Shown here one piece after another: positions 18,091 through 36,148 of a DNA stretch of 64,000 nt. The position numbers and the translations under genes were made by a program. The notes below the pieces were generated by a model. It ran no database searches. It saw only the letters and a program-made list of their open reading frames with translations, and had not been told where the DNA came from. Position 1 is the stretch's first letter. Every line of letters begins with the position of its first letter. The stretch lies in the NCBI RefSeq assembly GCF_009914755.1, contig NC_060940.1. The stretch is one strand, 5' to 3'. The DNA is from the human T2T-CHM13v2.0 reference genome, Homo sapiens.

Positions 18091-20712
18091 AAGAAGAGGA
18101 GGTAGAAGAAGAAAGTCTGAACTACTCCCTGCAGGAAGAGTAGACAAGGTAAAGAGCCCTAGAAAAGATTCGTCCCCGTGCTTTCCTCTAGAATGAGGAC
18201 TCCAGTAATTTATACCAGTGCTGGAGCACAGGCTTGACAATGGCTGGAGCTCAGCCTCCACAGTATCTGCTGTGATTAGTGCTCAAAAGCATAAAGCATA
18301 ACTGGAACTAAGAAGAAACAAGATGCTCAAGGTCTCCCCTTCAGCCTTCCTTCCAAGTAACAGAATCATGATTTGATGATTTGACCCCTTCTTCTACCAC
18401 CTCAATATTGAAATCTGTTTCCAATTCCCGTTACCTTAGAGAACACCATCAGATGTCCATTGTATATCTCAGATTCATTTCTGTCCAAAAACGAATTTAA
18501 CTTGCCTTCCAAATAATTTTACTCCTAATTTTTAGCTCACTTTCTCCATGAATATCATCGCCATTCACCCAGTTACCCAAACCAAGAGCCTGAACAACAT
18601 CTTTGAGTCCTTCTCCATCACAGCCTACATTCAACCAATTGCCACCTTCTCTTTTATATACCTCCTTAAGTCACGGCCTTAATTTGGGAATGATCGTTTC
18701 TCATTTGGACTTGACTTCATGGTCAAATATGGCATCCAGAGATCTAGCCATTGCATCCTAATTCAAGACCAACAACAGGAAAAATGGGCAAAGAAATATA
18801 TGGTCCTCATTCTGAGAAAATGTCCATATTACTCTTCTCTTTGCATTCCTTGGCCAAAGCTAATTCACATGGCTTGGGTAGCTTCATGAGAGACTGGGAA
18901 ATTAGAGGGTTTTGGTTTTGTTGTTGTTGTTTAAAGCAGAGTCTATGTCACCCTAATTAAAATCAGTGTTTCATCTTTTATTCTTCCTCAAATATTCTGT
19001 GTTAAAGTCACTAAAGGGCACCAACCAAAGTAAGCATCAATGAGAGGGGATAGGACAGAGATCTGGCATGGGGTGTTGAAGCCTAGAATTGGTGCACGAC
19101 CTAGTTCTAGTCACGAAAAAGCATCAGACAATCCCCAATTGAGAGCTCTTATACAACATAAATGGCCTGTATCTTCAAAAGTATCAAGGTCGAGAAAGTA
19201 ACAAAGAGACTGATGAATCTGCCGGAATAAGACGTGACAATTAAATGCTATGATAATCTTGCCCTGCAAGATTATAAAGGACATTATTGGGATGGTCAGT
19301 GAAACCTGAATGGGGCCTTTGGATTAGATGGTGGTAATGTATCAATGTTATAATAATTTCCTGACTTTAATGGTCGTATTATGGGCATATAGGAGAAGGT
19401 CCTTATTGCAAGAAACACACAGTAAAGTATTGGGAAATGATTCGAGGAGAGGGAAAACTTAATTGTACTGTTCTTCCAACTATTGTCTCAGTTTGAAATT
19501 TTTCCCCCGAAAATAAGGTGTTATTTCAGAGAAGAAAAGGGAATGTAGATGTTTCAATATGTAAATAGTAGGCTCCACCACAGATGGTATTTAAATAATG
19601 TATCAGAAGAGGTCATCCCAAGGGAGTAATATTTAAATCCAGAGCCAAAGAGAGAAAGCCATCCACGTGAAGAGCAAGGAGACAAAGTTTTCAGGCAGAA
19701 GGAACATGTGAGAAGTAGCTGAACTTGTTTTCAGAGTTATAACCCTAGCAATATGGTGGAAAATAACAAATAACTAGCAATGTGGTTGAAATAAACAAAC
19801 TGCTATTCCTTCAGAAACATGAGTAAGCACCACTGTGTGCAGGAACTTGCAGCAGTCAGCTAGATGCTGTAAGACAAACAACCCCAAATCCCAGAAAGAG
19901 CTTATTTCTCTGCCATGCCCATATAGCTTGGCTGGAGCAGCTCTGCTGGAGGTTGCAGGTCTGAAGACATGCTGGGGCGGCTCTGCTCTAGATGCATCTC
20001 ATTTTTCTAGGACCAGTGACCAACTAAGTCATGTTTTTCTCATAGAGAAGGCAAAAGCACAAGAAGGCAAACTCATCACACGAGAGCATTTCAAGCCTTT
20101 CATAAGGGTTATGTCCTCTCACATCCCATTAGCCAAAGAAAGTTAAGCTCAACTCAACAGTTGAAGGGTAGGGAAGTACACTATGCCATCTCTCAGGGAA
20201 AAGGAAGTCACATAGCCTAGCTGAACATCAATGATGTAATAGGAGAGGGAACAAATATTTACTAAACAATAGTCTCATCTACCGTAAAGCTCAAATACTT
20301 CACAAAAGAGCCACCCTTAGAAATAGCTTTTATCTCATCTATTTTATGGGTGAGTGGGGAAGAAGGATGACAAAGCCCCTTTAAGAATTTTATATACCCT
20401 AGACACATTCACTTTTGGAGGTCTCACCAGAAAGCATTTGAAACATGCTACAAATTTGCCTGTATCCTACATTAAATGGATTTTTGGCTCTAAACATTTT
20501 TTGAGAAAATTTTAAAATTCTGCTCCTGAAATTATCTGGCAATAGGTGATTTATTTAAATTTAGATTGGATGTGATTTCTTGGTAATTGTGCATATTCAG
20601 GAGGTCTAGAAAGTGGGAAATTCTAACTATCCACATTTTTCAGATGTAATGAAATCCCTAGGAATGTTAAATTTAACAATTAGTGATATTGACAAAGCAG
20701 CACAATTTGTAG

Positions 20713-21030
<318 letters not shown>

Positions 21031-22362
21031 TAATTTTTAAGATATTCATTAATTTCAATTTTGTCATTTTCTCTTTTGCATTTTTAAGCCAATGTGTGTG
21101 TGTGTATGTGTGTTTGTGTGGTGTTTTTTGTTTGTTTGTTTGTTTGTTTGTTTGTTTTTGGTCTCAAACATTTCTGTAGATCTTGAAAAACGTATAGGTC
21201 CCGGGAAGACCCTATGCCTAACGGATTAAAAATGCACATGTTGCCTGGAATCAAAGCTAATTATTATTGGTTGGGAAATGGATACCCTCCCACTCCAGAC
21301 TCCTCAGCACAGGAAAATAAGAGCAGCTAACTCCAACAGAACCCAATTCATTTAGGAGGCTCTCTGCCTCTGCATAAGGGTGAATGGTTTGGGATTGCTG
21401 CTCAGCAGAGCCCTTCATCTCATTCACGAAGCCATTCACACTGTATCCAGTCCATTTGTAAGGCAAATAAAAATGTCGTCTTCCAATCTTGGCTCATTTC
21501 ATCTTATAAGAAAAGTCTCCCGTCCGATGCCTAGCCAACATTTCCCTGTTGTGATTAAAGAAACAGCAGGTAATAAAAGCTGGACTAACGGTTGGTCCTC
21601 TAAGGACCAAAATATGGTTGAAGAAGCAATAACTTACCCCAGTGCCCCCAAGGCAAGTTGTCTCAATAATGTAACAAAGCTATACTTAATGGCAACAGAG
21701 CACGTTTCACTGATACTACACCGTAAACTGCCCGCTTTCAATTAGTTGCATATGTATTAAAGGGAGTCAACACATATTTACAGCAATCATTTCTATGTAT
21801 ACAAGATGCCACAAAAATGTAGCTTTCTGCTCCTTCTGGTCATTTGGCCACATAGGAATAATCACCAACCATAGATGCAATTCTGGAAAAGTCATTAATG
21901 CTCATCTCTATGGTTGCAAGAGATTATTGGGCTTCTATTTCATGCCAAGGCACTTTACATATGTAAATAATGGTGCATGCTTTGAATGAAGTCATGTTTT
22001 TGTGACCTACAATCCCCACTGGCTGCTGCAGCACCTGGCACATATTAGCCACTCAAGAAATTCTCGTTGAGTGAATAAATGAAACATTCAATGGCTCTGA
22101 GACCCTACCTTTCAGATTATCAGCACCGTGACCCTGCTTTTGAGACCCCTACTCTCTCTCCCTTCCCTATTATCTCTTGGTGAATATTGGGGAATGGCTC
22201 ACCTGAACTGCCCCACGATTTCATGCCTCTGTTTTCGCCATTACCTGTCACCTTACCTGGCCACAGTCATTCCTTCCAAAGCCACTATTCACATCTCTAT
22301 CAGATGCTCTGCAGTTCTGGGGCTCCTGCCTCTTGGGACAAGGCTAGTACTGTCATACCAGG

Positions 22363-22908
22363 TGTGATGGTTAATATTGAGTGTCAACTTGATTGGATCG
22401 AAGGGGGCAAAGTATTGATCCTGGGTGCGTCTGTGAGGATGTTGCTAAAGGAGATTTACACTTGAGTCAGTGGACTGGGAGAGGCAGACCCACCCTCAAT
22501 CTGGGTGGGTACCATCTAATCAGCTGCCAGCATGGCTAGAATAAAGCAGGCAGAAGTTGGAAAGAACAGACTTACTGAGTCTTCTGGCCTTCATCTTTCT
22601 CCTGTGTTGTATGCTTCCTGCCCTGGAACATTGGACTCCAAGTTCTTCAGCTTTTGGACTCTTGGACTTACACCAGTGGTTTGCCAGGGGCTCTCAAGCC
22701 TTTGGCCACAGAATGAACGCTGCACTGCTGGCTTCCCTACTTTTGAGGTTTTGGGACTCAGACTGGTTTCCTTGCTCCTCAGCTTGCAGATGGCCTATTG
22801 TGGGACTTCACCTTGTGACCGTGTGAGTCAGTACCCCTGAATAAACTCCCCTTCGTATATACATTTATCCTATTAGTTCTGTCCCTCCACAGAACCCTGT
22901 GTAATACA
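22363..22908 (+). mobile_element. MLT2A (HERV-L) solo LTR, MLT2A2-like length
   Basis: tgtgatggttaatattgagtgtcaacttgattgg...taataca; perfect 5-bp TSD ccagg (22358-22362 / 22909-22913). Confidence 0.92.
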
Positions 22909-23200
22909 CCAGGCCAGCAGAAGGGAGACATTTGCTTTCCTGGACATTTTCTGTTCATTTTACATTTGCTCAATGAAAAAAATCAGGTTGCAATACATAT
23001 ATAAATAGAAAACACAGAAAGACATAAATATTTTTTAAAAAGAATCAGAAACATATGCCCCAAAATGCTAATATGATTACATCCGGGTGGTTAATATTTA
23101 TTTTCTGTTTCTATTCTCTTTGTGTTTCCCCAAATTTGCTTGTTGACAGAACATGTGCATTGCTTTTGGCCAATAAATGTTTGGCTTATTTAAAGAGTTA

Positions 23201-23703
<503 letters not shown>

Positions 23704-24172
23704 TCAGTCTCAAATAAAACTTAGTCCCTGAGTTAGAAGCCAACTTAACCATGGAGAGGAAAGAGTTCATCAGATGGGACTAAACCTGCTCACTTCCTTC
23801 CAAGAACCACCCCAAGGGTTCATTTCCCAGGCACCAGGAGCCACCCAGCTCCAACATGCTGTTTTCTGTCTTCTGGTGACTTATCACTTGTTGTTTCTTC
23901 AAGAATAAGCCTTCGTTGTTCCAAGTAAACATCTCAAATGCACACATTCTTAAAGTAGTAAGTCATGTATCCACCTGTGCATCCAACAAATTATTATGTA
24001 GTGAACACCCATGAGGGACGTGCTGCTGTGTTCAATGCTGGGGACACCACAGGGGGCCACCCACGGACTTGGTTCCTGCCATCATGGAGCTCTCGGTCCA
24101 GTGGAGGAATTAGACATGAACCAAATAAAACACAGTCATGAATGTAAAACCAGAAACTAGAGTAAGTGCTCT

Positions 24173-24876
24173 TGAAACTGCCTTAGCAAAATTATGACTG
24201 AGACAGTGAAAGAGATTTAACTTGATCAATTCCATCTTGCTTCTAACCTCCAAGCTGTCCTTATTCATTCTTGGGTGTAGGCTGACCTAACTTTGGGAGA
24301 AACTGAGTTCATGGTTCATAGTTTGTAGTTTAAAGCAAAGATGATAACAGCCCTTTCCCAAAGCAGACCTCCTTCTTGCCTGGGGACTAGATTGCCTTTG
24401 TTAGGACTAAAATGAGCCACAAGATTAGAAACTATGGTTTAGGAGTCAGGCGGCTGGAGGTTACAAGATTCTGACCCTCCCTAAACTGTTCCTAAGATCA
24501 GTGCTTGAGATAATTTGCAGACCCTGCACGTGACGGGTCAGGTGGCACCACCCAGATCGATCAACTGGCTCATCTGATCTTGTGGCCCCAACCCAGGAAC
24601 TGACTCAGCGCAAGAGGACAGCTTCGACTCCCTATGATTTCTTCCCTGACCAATCTGCACTCCTGGCTCACTGGCTTCAACTAACCACCCCTACCAAGCT
24701 GTTCTTAAAAACTCTGCTCCCCAAATGCTTGTGGAGACTGATTTGAGTGATAATCAAACTCCAGTCTCCCACAATGCCCCTCTGCATGAATTACTCTCTC
24801 TGTATTCCAATCCCCCTGTCTTGATAAATCAGCTCTGTCTAGGCAGCGGGCAAGGTGGACCCAATGGGCGGTCACA
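24173..24876 (+). mobile_element. LTR8 (ERV1) solo LTR inserted in an L2 remnant
   Basis: tgaaactgccttagcaaaattatgactgagac...gggcggtcaca; 4-bp TSD ctct (24169-24172 / 24877-24880). Confidence 0.88.
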
Positions 24877-26932
24877 CTCTGTCGAGAAGGAACACAGGGA
24901 GTTGCGGAAGGCTTCCAGAGGAAGTGCCTGGGCTTTGAAGAATGAGCAGGCATTAAGTGGGCAAAAGAGCATGTGCAAGGGTACTGTGCAATGTGTCACC
25001 ACCCAGGGAGAGAGGAGAAGTGGACTATGAGGCTGGGGACATAAACACGGTCCTGGCCATGGAGGGCCTTGTAAACCCCATGAAGGATGTTTGCTCTTTA
25101 TCCTAATATCAACATGAAGTGATTAGAAGGTAGCAAGCCCTTGATTAACCAACAATTCTAGATCCTTCTCCAAACTTCTCTTTTAGGGAAAGGAAACCTA
25201 GAAGTCAAAACATAAGGTGGTGGGATTTCAGTTGAAAAGGTGTCCAGGGTCGGCCTCGGGTCAGTCTATCTTTGGGTCTATCACAAACACTATATTAATT
25301 GCCCCTATTAATCTTTCATTATGTGCCAGGCATTGTGATGATGTATACTTTATATCCATTGGCACATGTAAGCCTCACCACAAGATTTAGGGCCTATCAT
25401 TATGCCCATTTCACAGATGAGGAAACTGAGGTTCAGGGGGGCTTGTAACATGTCCCAAATGGTGTAGCTAGTAAGTGGCAATGCCGAGGCTCAAATCCCT
25501 CCAAAGATTCTCTCTCCAAAGGTCATTTTCCTTTCCCTAAGCCATGCTGGTGCATCTGGGGTCCTGGAAACTAGGAGATGATTTTCAGAATTATAAGACT
25601 TAGGTCGTGCAAGCTTCTTAATCATCAAAGAAAGTCTGGAAAGAGAAGAAGATGTTTGCAGGAAGCTGCCACAGAAGAGAACATTTTAGACAGAGGAACA
25701 GCATGAAGAACCGAACACACGTGGCATCCCCTAGGGGCCATGAATATAGCAGGGAGGCAACCACAGAGTTGGGAAGATCCAGAGAGAGGCGGGACAGATA
25801 CAGTGGGTCCTGAAAGTATGTTAAATAAAGTCACAGTGACACGGCAATCAGGAGTGGCAAGGGAGCCACAGACACACATGATTAGACACAAAAATCATGT
25901 TTTCAAGGCACAGCCCACTTAGAGATCACAGCAAGATGCTTTATCCAACCTCCGCCGGCAATCAGAGCTTGAAAAAGGAGCATTGTCGTCAATCAACTTC
26001 CCTTTGGGCAAAAGACACAGGCAAAGGAGAAGATACTTCACCCACCTTTTAATAAATGTGTCTTGAGGAGAGAGTTGGCCCACATAGTACAGTCTCCAAG
26101 ATCTAAGACTCCACATGGGTAGTGGCAGGGGAGACAATGGGAACCAACAGGACATTGGCTGGAATCACAAGTCACACCTTCAGTAAACCAGAGGAGTCAT
26201 TTCTCTCTCCCTTATTGACTCTGGGCCCTGGAGAAATGCCACAGAAATTCATGGGAAGAGGAGTTGAAGGTAGACGGCACCTGGACATTATTTCTGCCAG
26301 CCCATTTGAGTTCATCTGGTAAACATTTTGCATTTGGAAGTTGACATCGTTTAATAATAACTGTCAATGTCAATGATCAATGCCATCATAATGGCACAAA
26401 TACCCTTGTGGGCTTGGGGTTGGGAGGGGTACGGTGGGGACTGACTTCTTTGTCTCCTGTCCTTTCAATGGTTATAAATAATGATGATAATAATTTCTAT
26501 TTGTGTAGCTTTGTGATTGCAGAGAGCTTTAGGCTTCCTGAGAGCTTTCACCTATATTACCTCAGCTGATCCCTCTACAATGTGCAGTATCTATTTTGGT
26601 CCCCTCTGGGAACCTGAGGCTTGACAAGGTCAGGAAAGGCCACACCATGGCCTGTTCCTGAAACAGGAACCACAAATGAAAATCCTTGCAGAGAGTCCAG
26701 GCAGATAACATAAGTGAAGAAAGGGAGGAATGAGAAGCAGTAGGGAATGGTGGGGTCTGTGGTGAATTGGAGTGCATGCCTCATTGAAAGACGGGGGTAG
26801 CTGCCTATCTTGTATCCACCAACTGTCTCCACGTGGGAACATGGGCCCAATGCTGTCAGAGCTTCTAATAAATTAAGAGAAGCTAAAAGCCAGATGCTAT
26901 GTCAGTCTCCCAGTTTTTAAATGATCGCAACT

Positions 26933-27215
26933 GGGAGTCTTGCAACTCTGTCTCCCAGGCTGTAAGGCAGTGGCACAATCCTAGCTCACTGCAGCCTCGA
27001 AACCCTAGGCTCCAAAGATCCTCCTGCCTCAGACTACCGATTAGCTCGAACTACAGGCATGTGTCACCATGCGTGGCTAGTTTTCACAATGTTTGTAGAA
27101 ATGGGGCCATCTCACTATGTTGCCCAGGCTGGTCTCAAACTCCTGGGCTCAAGCAATCCTCCCTGCTCAGCTTCCCAATTAGCTAGAACTACAGGTGTGC
27201 ACCACCACACCTGGC
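26933..27215 (-). mobile_element. Diverged AluJ
   Basis: Antisense Alu arms. Confidence 0.85.
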
Positions 27216-28115
27216 TACAAACTCTCCTTGTCACCCCCTGTTGATAGGTCTCTTTCCTTCACAGGCTGAGACAACTCCAATTCAACTCTGAATCCCCAAT
27301 ACAGGACCTGCCCAGGGAACAGGGCTCAGACATTTATGCTGGGAAATACTCAGCTTTTGGGGCTCAGCGTCCTTTTCTGCAAAAAGAGTTCCCCTCCCAA
27401 GAGGAAATCCCCTAAGCCTAAGGACAGGAGGTGATGGAAAGATGGATGGACGGGCAGATAGATGGATGGAAAAAAATGGACAGTTGGAAACAGACAAACT
27501 TGGTGGATGAGCAGAAATAAGCCTCATTCTCGCCTAACAACGGGACAGCCTGGGGGAGGGGTGGGACACACCAAGGCTCCCAGTTGACCCCCAGCAATTG
27601 GACAAGAGAGTTTATAAACCAGCATTGGGGTTTTAGGAGCATTGTAAGCTGCAGAGTGCATGGGGTCTTCAGTGGGAAGCATCTCCTTCCCCATCCCTGT
27701 TCTCTGTCCTGGGGTTGCCCATCAAGCTAATCACATGTCCACCCCTGGGGTCCCTCTGGCCTCTGCCACTCTTCACCAAAGTACAGTTAAACTCCAGGGG
27801 CAAATGATGTGTTGGGGGTGTGGCAGACAGGGATTGTGTCTCAGCAGAGAGGGCACAGCACTCACAAAATAGCTTCAATAGTTCCAGGGTCAGTAGATGT
27901 GCCCGAAGAGGAACCCCACATCGCAAGTGGCCTAAGCCTGGGGTAGGGTGAGCACTGCTCACTCCTGCCCAGAGGAGTAGCTGAGGGGCCTAAGCTCTAG
28001 CTCTGAGCCCACCAGCCATTCCATCCACCACCCACCTGAAACTGTTCTGTTGACCCACAGCAATTGGTCCTGGTGCCAGGCACAGAACAGATGCTCAAAA
28101 GATACGGTTGATTCT

Positions 28116-28403
28116 GTCTGGGTGCAGTGGCTCACGCCTGTAAACCCAGCACTTTGCGAGGCTGGGATGGGAGGATTGCTGGAGGCCAGGAGTTCAAGAC
28201 CAGCCTGGGCAACATAGTGAGATCCCCATCTCTATAAAAATAAAAATTAGCTGAGCATGATGGTGTGCGCCTGTAGTTCCAGCTACTCGGGAGACTGAGG
28301 TGGAAGGATAGTTTGAGCCAGGAGTTCGAGGCTGCAGTGAGCTACGATCATGACACTACACTCCAGCCTGGGAGACACAGCAAGACCCTATTTAAAAAAA
28401 AAA
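28116..28403 (+). mobile_element. AluJ
   Basis: Sense dimer. Confidence 0.9.
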
Positions 28404-29023
28404 ATGGTATGGTTAATCTGCCTTTACTGATTACAAATCAATAAATTTGTATTATCGTAATAAATCTGTCTTTATTGATTACAAGGCACTTTCTCATCCC
28501 CCATCACCTAAGACAACTGCATAAAGACCGCATGAGCTATAAAGACCATTTCCTTGCCCCAGGTCACACGGAGGAAAAGAGACAGAGCCAGGATTTAAAC
28601 CCCTGCCCCTGGCTTTCATTCCTTTGCTGTGTCCCTGCAGACCCGAGGCCCACCTGGGTGAAGAACAGGTGGGTGGACATTGGCAGTGTTCACCAGGGGA
28701 AGCATGCCAGGTGCAAGGAAACATGTGAGCACCTGTCCGTGCCCAATGGGTCTCTGTTTGTCTCCCTGCATCTTCACCCAAACCAGCTTCTCACACCCCC
28801 ACGGCCACCACCACCACTCCAGGCCTCTACCTGGGCCCTTTAATGCCCCTTCCTCATTCCTCAAGAGCCCACTGGGGTCCCTTCCCTGATGGCCTGCTGG
28901 CCTCCTGCCTCCCTCCCTGACCTCAGCCTCCTCGGATTTTCAACAGCCTGGGGTTGCAGGCTGAGCTCAGCATCTGGCAGGGGCCTGGAAGAAATGACCT
29001 CTAGAGGGCCCACACTCTCTGGG

Positions 29024-29791
<768 letters not shown>

Positions 29792-30875
29792 TGAGGCAGG
29801 GCTGAGTTTCAGAAGCTGCTTTTCATTCTCAGACTATGCTGAGCCTGGTACTGTGCACACAGCACATCTGAACTTTGTTCAACATATCCCTGCACCAACC
29901 TGGCAGGACGGCCTCAGGCCAGGGAGGAACCGGGGAGATGATGTGGGATGAGAAGAGAGATCAGACAGAGGCTGTCTAGACACAGTTTCCTGGCAAAGTC
30001 ACCAAGAGCCCTGCGAGCAGCTGTCCACACCTCCTGGCACTCTCTGTATCTGTCCCGTCCCTGCCAGCTCCCCACCCGCCCAGTGCTTCACCAGCTCACC
30101 CCTCAGACACTGTCCAGGTGGGAACCATTCCCCTCAACTCCCTCCAGAACAACCAGATGGCACCTGCCAGCAGCCCTGGGAGCCAGAATCCCACCCACCT
30201 GACCCAAGGGCTCTATCTGATCTCAGCCTAACCCATGAATCAGGCCCTTTGGAGAGCCAAAGGAAAATTGGGCTTCCCTGCCAGCTGACTATGTGACAGT
30301 TCAGATGTCCCAGAGCACAGGAAAGAGGCAGAGACAGGGTCGTGAGGAGCCCTTGCTTCTCCTTCAACATCTCCCATAAACAACTGGAGAGGGGCTCTCA
30401 CAGGGTCCATGGGAAGAGACCAAGGAGGGGCATGGAGGAGAGGGGAGGGCTGAGAAGACCAGGGTGAAATGGATGAGGAGAAGGAAGCAGATGGCAGGGA
30501 CCCTCCCATCTCCCACATGGGCTCCCTTAGGTGCTACTGGCCTTGTGCAAATTTGCACACTCACATTCACACATTTCTGTCTGCTTCTCTCCAATCGTTC
30601 AGATACCTAGCACACACCCCAGCCTCTAGAATCAGGTAGTCAGTCTAGCAGAGTCTTTAGCATTTGACTTCTGGGTTTAAATCCTGGCTTTAGCACTTCC
30701 TAGCTTCACGGCCCTGTTTAGGCAGTTTATATGCCTCCCTGAGCTTCCCAGGTTTTGGGGAGGAATAAATGGCATAGCAGATGGGAAACATCTAGCACTG
30801 TCCTGCTATATCATAGACTGTGAAAGATCACTGTTTTTGTACTATTGGCCTTGCTTTGTAGTAATTATCATTAAC

Positions 30876-31137
30876 TTTTTTTTGAGATAAGGTCTCACTC
30901 TGTCTCCCAGCCTAGTGTGATCATAGTTCACTGCCACCTCGATCTCCTGGGCTTAAGTGATCCTCCCACCTCAGCCTCCCAAGTAGCTGGGACTACAGGC
31001 ACACACCACCACACTTGGCTAATCTCTCTCCTTTTTTTTTTTTTTTTTTTTTTTTTTAGAGACCGGGTCTCATTATGTTGCCCAGGCTGGCCTCCCAAAG
31101 TGCTAGAATTACAGGTGTGAGCCACTGCACACGGCCT
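30876..31137 (-). mobile_element. AluJ with internal deletions
   Basis: Antisense Alu with missing segments. Confidence 0.87.
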
Positions 31138-31176
31138 ACTTTGTAATAATAACAAACAATACAGCCGCTACTTTTT

Positions 31177-31685
31177 GGTAGTTTCAAACCATGATCCCAG
31201 AATTTTTTGATTCATCAAAAGGTAGAACCTATGTCATCTACCGTTGAATCCAGACTGTGCGATTGCTTGACCAATAGAATATAGAAGAAACGTTATGCGA
31301 CATCCAAGGCTACATCATAAAATGTGACAGAGCTTCCACTGGGTTCTCCTTGTCTTAGAGCCCAGCCACCATACGATGAGGAAGCCCAAGTAGCTGAAGA
31401 GAGGAGAGGCCCAAACAAAGGAACCAAGTCCCCTGGACCACAGCCTAGCTGAGCTCCCAGCCAACCAGAAAGTGCCAACTTAGCAACCGCTAGAGGAGCC
31501 ATCTCAGAAATGAATTCTGCAGCCCCCTGGTGAGCTCCAGCTGATGCCATGTGGAGCAGGAACGAACTGTCCCCTCAACATCCTGCCCAAATTGTGGATG
31601 TGTGAGCAAAATAAATGACTGTCATGTTTTAAGCTACTACATGTTGGGTGGTTTGTTGCACAGCCATAGACAACTGGATGACAAA
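31177..31685 (+). mobile_element. Old MaLR LTR (MLT1H-like)
   Basis: gcttgaccaatagaat...gagcaaaataaatgactg...tttaagctac...gttgcacagccatagacaactg. Confidence 0.65.
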
Positions 31686-32531
31686 CACATATCTGACGCT
31701 TTATCCGTCATTGCCATGCTAAGCTGCAGATATTTTTGTAATCTACACGTTTAGACCTTTTCCAGCTTTTAGAGCTCACACTTCCCTTCAGTACACCTGC
31801 AAGCTCCCTGAATTCATTTTCATGTAATCCTCCACTTTTTTCCTTCAGCCGGTTCATGTTAGGTTTCTCTCATAGCCCCTAAACACAGTGCTCAAATACC
31901 AATAACCTGGATCCCATCTTGCGGCTCTGCAGGAAGCTGTTTTTGCACAAGGTTCTTCCACATTTCTGGGAACCAGGAGATGTCTACTTCAGCTACAATC
32001 TCTCCTGCTCGTCCCCTGTCCCCTCGGGAGGGTCTGGCTCAGAACAGATTTCACTGTGGGACCCAAGCCAACCTGTTAGCCACTCCTACCCCAGGACGGG
32101 TGAAACACAGTCTTGCAGTAACAAGACTTACTTTTGAAGGATGGAATTACAATATGGAAAAAATACAACTTCACAAGGTACACGTTCAGTTCATAGCAGC
32201 AGCCAAGACTTTGAAGGAAGAGTTCAAGTCGCCACAAAAACATAGCAGAGGGAATAGTACGGATTTTAGAGCCAGATAGTACTGGAGACTTGGAGACTGC
32301 AGGGCTGGGAGGGTCACAGACAGTCCTGAGTTCAAATCTCCACTCCACCACTCATTGCCCACGTGACCTTGAGCAAGTTATTTAACCTCTCTGAGCCTCC
32401 ATTTCCTCAAAGGCAAATTGGGGATAATAAACCCAGTGTTTGTGAGGATAGATAGGATGCATATTCTGCTCGTGGTTGTGCCAACCAAGGACACATTCAG
32501 AGTAAATTCAAGACTCTTCTTGAAGAGTCAC

Positions 32532-32821
32532 GAGCACAGTGGCCCATGGCAGTAATCCCAGCACTTTGGGAGGGTGAGGCGGGTGGATCACTTGAGGTCA
32601 GGAGCTCAAGACCAGCCTGGACAACATGTTGAAACCTTGTCTCTACTAAAAATACAATAAATTAGCAGGGCGTAGGCATGCCTGTAGTCCCAGCTACTCA
32701 GAAGTTTGAGGCAGGACAATCCCTTGAACCTGAGAGATGGAGGTTGCAGGCGCTGCAGTCCAGCCAGCCTGGATGACAGAGAGAGACTGTCTCAAAATAC
32801 AAATAAAATAAAATAAAAAAA
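32532..32821 (+). mobile_element. Diverged AluS
   Basis: Sense dimer. Confidence 0.87.
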
Positions 32822-33702
32822 GAATGAGACTCTTCTTACTGCAAAAACTGACCTCTGGGGGGTGGAAACAAACAAACAAATGAGCAAAAACCATTGTTCT
32901 TGCCTAGCTGTTAAAGAATATTGCGTTTTCTCATAACTTGACACGATACAGAAACATACAATGAAGAATCTGGTGGGTATTGAACTGTCAATTGCAAAAT
33001 AATTATTCATCACTGCAGGTCCAGCCTGTTCTCCGGGAAGGACTGTTTGAATGTCCTGGGCCTCCAAGCCAAGCTCCCAGAGCCCAGACCGTCTCTTTGG
33101 CTAATGCTGGCTCTATCTCCTGAAGAAAATAGTTTGATGCAAGGAAGAACTTTCATTATCTTTTGCCCTGGAGCACCAGTAACTGTCTACAAAGAGCAGA
33201 GCAAGGGAAGAAGGGCAGTGAGAAATTAATCTTTGAGTTTCCTCCTTGGTGATTCATCCATTTAGAAATGGGTAGATTCAGAGAAGTGTTTCTTCATCCG
33301 GTCCCTCTGTTCCCATGATCTCAAAAATGAAAAGGCAGCCAACCCTGATCACCACCCATCAGTCAGCCTCTTTTCACAAGTGGGAGGCATGGGCTGTGCT
33401 GGACCAAGTGCAAATGCAAGACATGTCTCTAACAGGCCTTCTGGAACCAGGGGAAGCTGGTGGCTTGGATGCACCCACTGTGAGGTAGAGTGTTATACTG
33501 CAGCCCCCATAACCCTGCACTTCTCCAAGTCTATGATTATTTGACTCTGGAATCTGGTGTAGCACATCTGCTCAGTTGCTCAGTCATTACTTACTGAGCA
33601 CTTACAATGTGCCAGGACAGGCAGGGTATAAAGGATTGAGAATTGAACAAGGTAGTCAAGGTAGTATGATCCCTGCCCTCAAAGAGCTTGTTTTAGTATA
33701 TA

Positions 33703-34235
<533 letters not shown>

Positions 34236-34452
34236 ATTCCAATGAAAGAAGCAGGCAGCTTAGTGGAAAGAGTGTGAGCTTCGGAGCCAGGTGGGCCTGG
34301 GTTCTCCCTTCCACTTTATTAGCTGCGTGATCTTTGGGGAATCACTTCTCTCTCTTACGCATACGTAGATTATTTGAAAATTATGGGTAGCAATCATATT
34401 TTTACAAGGTTGTTGGGTGAGCTAAAGATCAAATGTGTAAAGAACTGTGGCA

Positions 34453-34809
<357 letters not shown>

Positions 34810-34970
34810 TTAATTCTTCTTGCTAACAGAACCCCAGTTCTTTCAAGGGTCCCTATCTCAGAAGTTGGGCTCAGTCCCTAGAGGGGGTGGGCATGCAAAC
34901 CAGGTCTAGTTAATGAGCTATTTGAGGGAGGGGGCCCTCTGGGGGTAGAAGGTTAATAAAAAGTTTGGTT

Positions 34971-35760
<790 letters not shown>

Positions 35761-36148
35761 CTTTATCAGTATTATTATTATTAACTTTTACTAAGGAAAG
35801 AGGGAGGCCCTTGGCCAGGCCGTAGGATTGCTGGCCTTCCAGGGAGTGTGTTACCCAGGGAAGTGGCATAAAATTACAGAATTGGGAAGCTAAGAGGTAG
35901 CTCTAGACATCACACCTCTAACCTTTTTGATATTCTGTTGCTCCATCTACAAATGGCATTTAGAATTTTTGTTCTTAAAGAGTCACAAATCACGTGCAGG
36001 AAGCTTGAAACCAGTCCTGTTACCTTCCTATGCTCTGATGCCACCTGGGAATTTGAGCTGGTGTTTCGGGTAAGAGAACAGCTTATAACCAGGCTTTTCA
36101 GGACAATGAAGACTGCCTTTCAGTGGGAAGATGAACAATCTGCCTAAG

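Noticed and set aside
21240-21990. Possible exon or ORF (121 aa) in non-repetitive sequence
   Set aside because: Non-ATG start, no recognisable domain or splice pattern; may be regulatory but cannot be supported from sequence alone.
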